Of a DNA stretch of 39,257 nt, positions 33,680 through 39,257 are shown piece by piece (the first letter of the stretch is position 1; every line of letters starts with the position of its first letter). Position numbers and translations under genes: made by a program. The stretch comes from a bacterium (GTDB lineage Bacteria; Patescibacteriota; Minisyncoccia; Phycocordibacterales; Phycocordibacteraceae), in assembly GCA_021784875.1 (NCBI GenBank), contig JAJYHF010000019.1:1-39257 (forward strand), in the 5' to 3' direction. Below the pieces are notes generated by a model. It worked only from the letters and a program-made list of their open reading frames with translations. It had not been told where the DNA came from and did no database searches.

Positions 33680-34969
33680 CTAGACCGCCAGCGACGCGAT
33701 AGCGGCAATGCCGGAGACGGCCATGAAGGCGACCGTGACCCAGCCGAGCCAGGCAGTGAGACGAGAATTGCGATGCTCGCCCACGACCGACGCATTGCCC
33801 GAGAGCTTCACGACAAAATAGAGGATGAACGGCGCAGCGATGCCGTTCGCGACCGCAGAATAGATGAGCATCTTGATCGGATTGAGGTGCATGAAGTTGG
33901 CGGCGATGCCGAGGACCATTGAGATGATAATGACGCTATAGAAGGCGCGAGCCTGCTTGAGCTTGCGCGAGAGGCCGACACGCCAGCCGAAGCTTTCGGA
34001 AAGCGCATACGCGGTCGATCCGGCAAGAACCGGTACCGCGAGAAGACCGGTTCCGACGATCCCGAGCGTGAAGAGGAGGAATGCGAACTCGCCGAATGGC
34101 TTCAGAGCAAGCGCAGCCTGGTCCGCCGTCTGAATGTCATGGATGCCGTGCACATAGAGCGTTCCGGCACACGCTGCGATGATGAAGAAGGCGACCGCAT
34201 TCGAGAAGGCCATCCCGCTCCAGACGTCGGTGCGCATCGCGCGTATGGCCTCGGCATGGTTCCCATGCCGCCGCGCATGGACCGTCTTCTCGCCCCGGGC
34301 GACCTCTTCCTCGACTTCTTGCGCCGTCTGCCAGAAGAAGAGATAGGGCGAGATGGTCGTCCCGAGGATCGCGCAGACGAGGAAGATCTGGCCGCGCGAG
34401 AAGGAGAGCGAGGGCACGAGCGCATGGCTCATCACCTGCCCCCAGTCGAGATGAACCACGAGAGCGACCGCGACATAGGAGAGGAGCGCGAGCGAAAGAT
34501 ATTTGAGATATTTCGCGTAGCGCGCATAGGTGGTGTAGATCTCGAGGAAGAGGATAAGCGCGCCGAAGAACACGACAAGCGGCCCGACTGCGAGCCCCGG
34601 CATCACGAGACGCGTCGTAGCGGCCATCGCGCCGAGGTCGGCGGCGATGTTGAAAGTGTTCGCGAAGAAGAGGATGGCCGTGATGCCATAGAGAACGTAT
34701 CGCGGATAATGGTGGCGTATGTTCGCCGCGAGTCCTCTCCCCGAGACGACGCCGATGCGCGCGCACATCTCTTGCACCGTCGCCATGAAGGGATAGGTGA
34801 GAATCATCGTCCAGATGAGGCCGAGGCCGTACTGCGCACCAGCCTGCGAATACGTAATGTTCCCCGAAGGATCGTCATCAGCCGCGCCGGTCACGAGCCC
34901 CGGCCCGAGCGTATGCCAATACGCCGCCGCGTCTTCCTCGATCTTCTTCGCTTCCGCCTTCATCTCCAT
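33680..34969 (-). CDS. Nramp-family divalent metal cation transporter
   Basis: GPGLVTGAADDDPSGNITYSQAGAQYG motif and about 11 TM. Start moved to MEMKAEAKK (34969) because TATACT lies 6 nt upstream of it. Confidence 0.8.
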   Translation of the reverse strand: MEMKAEAKKIEEDAAAYWHTLGPGLVTGAADDDPSGNITYSQAGAQYGLGLIWTMILTYPFMATVQEMCARIGVVSGRGLAANIRHHYPRYVLYGITAILFFANTFNIAADLGAMAATTRLVMPGLAVGPLVVFFGALILFLEIYTTYARYAKYLKYLSLALLSYVAVALVVHLDWGQVMSHALVPSLSFSRGQIFLVCAILGTTISPYLFFWQTAQEVEEEVARGEKTVHARRHGNHAEAIRAMRTDVWSGMAFSNAVAFFIIAACAGTLYVHGIHDIQTADQAALALKPFGEFAFLLFTLGIVGTGLLAVPVLAGSTAYALSESFGWRVGLSRKLKQARAFYSVIIISMVLGIAANFMHLNPIKMLIYSAVANGIAAPFILYFVVKLSGNASVVGEHRNSRLTAWLGWVTVAFMAVSGIAAIASLAV

Positions 34970-35065
34970 CGCTCCAGTATACGCGAGCGGCATCCCGAGA
35001 CGGAAAGAATCCCCCGCCCCGCGCGTATGAAGTATCCGTGAGCGTTAGCAGATAACCGAATATCC

Positions 35066-35620
35066 ATGCAAGCATTGAAACGCAGTATTCTTGCGATTGT
35101 AACCATCCTGGTGAGCGTCGGCGCGCTCGCCTTCCTCGTCCCCGCCTTCGCCGAGGCGGCTCCCGCCTGGACAACGCAGCCAGGAGTCGCCACCTCGACG
35201 CTTCACGCAAACGTCCGCGCGCGCGCCGAGTGGGCGCATGCCCGGCACGCTGAGCGCGCGGCGAGAGTGAGGCTATCCGCCCTTATCAAGGGCAACGGCG
35301 AGCCGATCGTCGGCGGCACCGTCTCCGCAGTCAGCGGCTCGACCCTCACCGTCACGACCAAGAGCAGCATCGCCTATACGGTCGACGCTGCGAGCGCGAC
35401 GGTAATCAAGGATCACGCGACTTCGACGCTCGCGAGCGTCGCGCAGGGCGATGCGGTCGTCGTCCAAGGTACGGTCAACGGCACCGCGATCACGGCCTCA
35501 TCCATCATCGACCAAGCGGCAACTCCTGCCGGCACTTCGCGAAACAGTGTCACGGGAGCGGCGCACCGCTTCTTCGGCGCAGTCGGCGGATTCTTTACCC
35601 GCCTCTTCGGATTCTTCTGA
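35066..35620 (+). CDS. secreted hypothetical protein (signal peptide, Thr/Ser/Ala/Val-rich beta domain)
   Basis: N-terminal signal-like LAIVTILVSVGALAFLVPAFA. The repeat-like segments GTVSAVSGSTLTVTT and GDAVVVQGTVNGTAITA suggest a small beta-barrel domain. Confidence 0.45.
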   Translation: MQALKRSILAIVTILVSVGALAFLVPAFAEAAPAWTTQPGVATSTLHANVRARAEWAHARHAERAARVRLSALIKGNGEPIVGGTVSAVSGSTLTVTTKSSIAYTVDAASATVIKDHATSTLASVAQGDAVVVQGTVNGTAITASSIIDQAATPAGTSRNSVTGAAHRFFGAVGGFFTRLFGFF

Positions 35621-35639
35621 TTCCTGAACCATAAATAAG

Positions 35640-35680
35640 AAAGGACGCGTCCATCCCTCCCGGGATGGCCGCGTCCTTTT
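35640..35680. terminator. long bidirectional hairpin between convergent genes
   Basis: AAAGGACGCG-t-CCATCCC-tccc-GGGATGG-c-CGCGTCCTTT, with A and T runs on the two sides. Confidence 0.7.
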
Positions 35681-35694
35681 CCTCAAGCGCCAGG

Positions 35695-36066
35695 TCAGCC
35701 GATCGAGAAGAGGAACAGGCCCACGACGACCATGACGAGGCCGTAAAGGTTGACGGTATCGAGGAACTTCTTAGTGACGAGCTTATGCAGCTTCTCGGGG
35801 ATGAAGATCCACGCGAGCCCCTTGAAGAGGATGAGCCACATGAGTATCGTCACGATCGACCGCCACGTCCCGTCCCACACATCCGCCTGGATAAGGAAGA
35901 TCGTCGAGAGGAAGACGAGCACGATACCGATGACGTACGTGATGGCAGGGTGGTCGAAGAGATCCTTGAGGAGCGCCGGGAGCGTCTTCCCTTTGAACAT
36001 GAGAAAGAGGCCGCTGATGACAAAATAGATGCCGAGAATCTTCGCGGCGATGAGAGAGATTTCCAT
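35695..36066 (-). CDS. small hypothetical membrane protein (4 TM)
   Basis: 123-aa hydrophobic ORF. I recognise no family. Confidence 0.45.
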   Translation of the reverse strand: MEISLIAAKILGIYFVISGLFLMFKGKTLPALLKDLFDHPAITYVIGIVLVFLSTIFLIQADVWDGTWRSIVTILMWLILFKGLAWIFIPEKLHKLVTKKFLDTVNLYGLVMVVVGLFLFSIG

Positions 36067-36110
36067 TGATGAATCCGTTATCCGTTAATGCCCCCAGTAT
36101 ACCCTGCCCG

Positions 36111-36836
36111 TCAGATACCCTTCTTCAGATAGTGCTCGAGCGTGTAGATCCAGTCCGCCTCGGCGGCGGGGTTCTGCTTCTTCTGAGCGAGCAGCCACTC
36201 GAGATAGTTCCGGTCGCTCGTCGCCACCTCCTCGAGCCTCTTCCCCGCGTATTTGCCGAAGCGGATGGTGGTGAAGAGCAAGGGGCGCGCCGAGACCGCG
36301 AGCATGGCTCCGAGCGCGGCTTCTTCCGTCCCGTGCCGCTCCTTCATCTTGACCAAGAGCCGCTCGAAGAGCGCTTCGAGCACGAGCACGTCGCCCCACG
36401 CGTCGTGCGCCTCCGCCTCGATCTCGAGACCTAAGAGATAACGGAGATACTGGAGGCGGTAATTAGGCAGCGTGTCCTCCGGGTCGAGCGCGTAGGCGAC
36501 CTTGTAGGTGCAGATAACCTGCTTCGACTGGATGCCCTCGCGGCCGAGCATCGCGAGATCGAAGGCCGCGTTGTGCGCGACGGCGATCATCTCCTTGTTC
36601 TCGAAGAGGTCCTTCACGCTCGCGTACTCCGGCGCGTCCTCGAAGGACGGCTTTCTTTCCACCATCTTCTCGGTGATGTGGTGAATCGCCATCGACTCGA
36701 TGGAGATGGGTACCGGCGGCTTATAGAGCGCATTCACGAGCGGCTCATCGACGTAGCGCTCCTTGATCGCAAGCTGACAGAGGCGATCCTTCTCGCCGTT
36801 CCCCGTCGTCTCCGTGTCGAAGAAGATGATGCTCAT
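36111..36836 (-). CDS. DEDDh 3'-5' exonuclease (DnaQ/ExoX-like) with a small C-terminal domain
   Basis: IIFFDTETTG (Exo I), AHNAAFD (Exo II), HDAWGDVLVL (Exo III). C-terminal FGKYAGKRLEEVATSDRNYLEWLL. TGgTAGAAT (36843-36851, minus strand) lies 6 nt upstream of the ATG. Confidence 0.8.
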   Translation of the reverse strand: MSIIFFDTETTGNGEKDRLCQLAIKERYVDEPLVNALYKPPVPISIESMAIHHITEKMVERKPSFEDAPEYASVKDLFENKEMIAVAHNAAFDLAMLGREGIQSKQVICTYKVAYALDPEDTLPNYRLQYLRYLLGLEIEAEAHDAWGDVLVLEALFERLLVKMKERHGTEEAALGAMLAVSARPLLFTTIRFGKYAGKRLEEVATSDRNYLEWLLAQKKQNPAAEADWIYTLEHYLKKGI

Positions 36837-36888
36837 CCCGCCATTCTACCAGCCGACACCCTATAATAGGAATCAGCGCTGGCGATCC

Positions 36889-37371
36889 TCACGCGTTCAA
36901 GGACCAGAGGGTGTAAGCGAGATAGGTCGCGAAGGTGACCCAGGCGAGATAGGGGGCGAGGAGCCAGGCGGCCGCGCGCGATACGCGGGCGAAGGCGGCG
37001 ATCGTCACAGCGATCGCGAGCCAGAGAAGGACGATCAGGGCGAGCGCGCCCGAGAGCGAATGGAGACCGAAGAAGACCGGCGACCAGACCGCATTCAGGA
37101 CGAGCTGGATGAAGAAGAGCCGGAGCGCGCGACGACGCAAGAGCGGGGCTGTGCGCTTATTGCGCCACACGAGCCAGGCCGCGACACCCATAAGGAGATA
37201 AAGCGTCGTCCACACAGGACCGAAGAGCCAGGAGGGCGGCGCGAACACCGGCTTCGCGAGCGCCGCATACCAGACCGGAATGGCGGAGACGGTGAAGAAC
37301 GCGCCGATCGCGCCCGCTGCCTCGCAGAGGACGATCCAACCTAGAAGAGCGAAGATACGGGAGCGGATCAT
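36889..37371 (-). CDS. tspO: TspO/MBR family tryptophan-rich sensory protein
   Basis: 160 aa, 5 TM. PVWYAALAKPVFAPPSWLFGPVWTTLYLLMG and YLAWVTFATYL are typical of the family. Confidence 0.85.
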   Translation of the reverse strand: MIRSRIFALLGWIVLCEAAGAIGAFFTVSAIPVWYAALAKPVFAPPSWLFGPVWTTLYLLMGVAAWLVWRNKRTAPLLRRRALRLFFIQLVLNAVWSPVFFGLHSLSGALALIVLLWLAIAVTIAAFARVSRAAAWLLAPYLAWVTFATYLAYTLWSLNA

Positions 37372-37372
37372 G

Positions 37373-37792
37373 TTAGGTATGGCGACGAAGCGAAAACCAC
37401 TTCCAGGCTACTAAGAGGAGCGAAAGCACGGAAACGACTTCGCCCGCGAGACGCGCCGCATCGTCGCGATAGAAGGGAAAGAGATCTATGCCGATACCCG
37501 TGAAGCTGACCGGCGTCGTCGCGACGAAGATGAACGCAAGCGGAAACGCCCATACGGCGAAGCGGAACCAGCTCTTGAACGCTTCACGCGGAATGAAGAT
37601 GAGGATGATGGCGAGGGGGAGAAAGTAGAGGGAGAAGAAATATATTGGATATGTTATTTCTGGAATCATCCGATCTATTATCGTATGGTAACAAATTTGA
37701 CCGGCACCAGCACACCATTGGCTAAAGTAACTGAAACCAATAACCACAAGGGCAAGCAAAGCCGGAATAGTCTGGAACAGTTTCGATTTCAT
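37373..37792 (-). CDS. hypothetical membrane protein
   Basis: 139-aa ORF with 4 hydrophobic segments. Its 5' half is visibly lower in G+C. Packed 1 nt from both neighbours. Confidence 0.45.
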   Translation of the reverse strand: MKSKLFQTIPALLALVVIGFSYFSQWCAGAGQICYHTIIDRMIPEITYPIYFFSLYFLPLAIILIFIPREAFKSWFRFAVWAFPLAFIFVATTPVSFTGIGIDLFPFYRDDAARLAGEVVSVLSLLLVAWKWFSLRRHT

Positions 37793-37793
37793 A

Positions 37794-39257
37794 TCAGAAG
37801 AAGCTGCTTATCGCGAGCCAGAGCGCATGCAAGGCATTATAAACGGCGCTCATGAGCCGACTGAACCAACTGGCAGGAATCTGTTGAGAAGCGTCATAGA
37901 CGGAAGCGGTCTGAGGCGCGGGAGCTGCAGATGGAGAAGGCGCCTGGCTTCCGCCCGTGTCCGGTGCGGCCGAAGAACTCGCCACCGGCTGCGCGGGCGG
38001 GACTGGGGCGGGCTCCGCCGGAACTGCGAGCGCGACCGGCCCGCTCGACGCGGCTGCCGCAGGAACGTCTTGCCCTTCGAACGCAGGAGAAGTCTGACTC
38101 CCCGAATCCGGGTTTGAAGTCAGGCTTCCGCTCGTATCCGGTACGGAAGGAATACCGGCTGAATCCGGAACGGCAAACGGAGTATCCGATGGGGCCGCAG
38201 CGGGCACGGAAGCGAGAACCGGAATCGAGATACTCCCGTTCGGGGCAGGAGACGTCGCCACAGCCGGTGGCGAAGATTCTTGATCCGTCGAGCCGGCTGG
38301 AGCGGGTTGAGGTTCAGGTTCCGGCGCTGGCGTCTCCTCGGTCGAGGATGCGGTATCAGATCCACTGGTCTCGTCCGTCGACGTCGCGGAAGATGAATCG
38401 GGGACTGACTCATCAAGCGACGGATCATAAACGACGGTCTCCCCTGCCTGCGGCGTGACGGTCAGCACGTCCGTGCCGTCGCCATTCTCGTCGACCCGGA
38501 TCGGCGTCGGAGAACCGACGCTCGAGACCGAGAAAGTCGCCACCGTCTGCGCCGTCGTCGGTATGCCTGCGACGGAGCTCGTGGCGGTGATGGTCCCGCC
38601 CGATGACTCCTGCAGGTCGAGCGAGAACGTGCTGTCCCCTTGGCCGTCTATGGTGAGCTCGTACGGATCGCCCTCGGGAACGGTGACATACCTGACTCCT
38701 CCGAACTCGCCGTAGGTCGAGCCGGGAATGTCCTCCGTCATCGAGCCGTCCGGCGCGAGGCCAGTGACCTTGCCTGACGTGTCGGCGACCCGGAGCGTCG
38801 GCGACGAGTTGGCGGCCTCGGGTGTAGACGACGCACGGAGGAAGAAGAGGAGTTTCTTATCCGCGGCGTTCGGCGGCGGTGCGGTGGTGGTGATATAGGC
38901 CGGGAGCGTGCTCGTGCTGTTCTCGATAAGATTCTTTATGAAAGTCTGCAATGATGGCACTTCGAAAATGTCCGCATGAGTATGCTTTGTTCTTGTGTCT
39001 TTATAGTATGTACTTAAATCCAACCAATACCGCTTCACCTGCGTGCTTGAGGCCATCTCAAGCGCGCTCGGGACGGCGACCGTGCCGTCGCCATCCTCGG
39101 TGAAGATAGGGCGGTACGCGCGTGGCGCGGCTATCGCGAGCGCGCTTGAGAGGGGCGGCAAGGTGTAGAAGTCGATACCCGCGACAGTGTCGACGCCCCA
39201 GCCGGCAATCTCGTCGACCACGATGCCCGCGGGCGGCGACCAGCCGTCGAGGGAGTC
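37794..39257 (-). CDS. surface/secreted protein, 5'-truncated by the window edge: alpha/beta-hydrolase (lipase/PGAP1-like) C-terminal part, beta-rich domain, P/S/A/T-rich stalk, C-terminal hydrophobic anchor
   Basis: The frame is open to position 39257. EDGDGTVAVPSAL and HADIFEVPSL resemble the Asp and His regions of lipase-like hydrolases. There is a long low-complexity PAPEPEPQPAP/SS-rich region. The protein ends with LHALWLAISSFF. Confidence 0.45.
   Translation of the reverse strand, partial: DSLDGWSPPAGIVVDEIAGWGVDTVAGIDFYTLPPLSSALAIAAPRAYRPIFTEDGDGTVAVPSALEMASSTQVKRYWLDLSTYYKDTRTKHTHADIFEVPSLQTFIKNLIENSTSTLPAYITTTAPPPNAADKKLLFFLRASSTPEAANSSPTLRVADTSGKVTGLAPDGSMTEDIPGSTYGEFGGVRYVTVPEGDPYELTIDGQGDSTFSLDLQESSGGTITATSSVAGIPTTAQTVATFSVSSVGSPTPIRVDENGDGTDVLTVTPQAGETVVYDPSLDESVPDSSSATSTDETSGSDTASSTEETPAPEPEPQPAPAGSTDQESSPPAVATSPAPNGSISIPVLASVPAAAPSDTPFAVPDSAGIPSVPDTSGSLTSNPDSGSQTSPAFEGQDVPAAAASSGPVALAVPAEPAPVPPAQPVASSSAAPDTGGSQAPSPSAAPAPQTASVYDASQQIPASWFSRLMSAVYNALHALWLAISSFF

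Overview
High-G+C (roughly mid-60s percent by eye, not computed), very tightly packed bacterial chromosome segment. I count 37 protein-coding genes, 5 tRNAs, RNase P RNA and tmRNA. No CRISPR array, rRNA or obvious transposase was seen. Most of the content is housekeeping: rnr, malic enzyme, the rpmF-nusB-rnc-smc-eamA operon, rlmB, tsaD, valS, hsp20, lepA-murJ, recG, ftsH, smpB-ssrA, mpg, typA, an Nramp transporter and tspO. Several proteins are shorter than usual (731-aa ValRS, 732-aa SMC without a visible hinge) and RNase P RNA is about 281 nt. That pattern, with the small overlapping genes, fits a reduced genome such as a Patescibacteria/CPR-like lineage, but this is inference only.

The main observations are:
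1. Two visibly lower-G+C genes, a type-2 OMP-decarboxylase-like gene (30273-31244) and a small degenerate PRTase-like gene (31394-31795). Each is preceded by the same module: -35, 17 nt, TGcTATCGT, then a hairpin with a GTTTC loop, an identical 14-mer AATGTTGTTTTACA, and a GGGAGG Shine-Dalgarno. These are the only long, SD-bearing leaders I found, so this is a candidate undescribed pyrimidine-linked cis-regulatory leader (attenuator, riboswitch or protein operator).
2. Almost every other transcription unit has a TGnTAnnnT-type -10 box 6-9 nt upstream of the start codon, or of the mature RNA 5' end. This implies widespread leaderless expression. One case is a single palindromic AGTATACT box placed symmetrically between divergent ftsH and smpB.
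3. tRNA genes directly abut ORF start codons (tRNA-Val and tRNA-Phe). Five of six tRNA-like 3' ends are followed by CA rather than CCA.
4. A lower-G+C islet (25645-26694) carries a tRNA with a UAU anticodon and an HTH plus LAGLIDADG-like gene.
5. Unusual protein architectures: a NusB-Nudix fusion, L32 with a His-rich tail and no cysteines, and an in-frame palindromic tandem insert in tsaD.

All coordinates and motifs were read by eye from the sequence. No searches were run.
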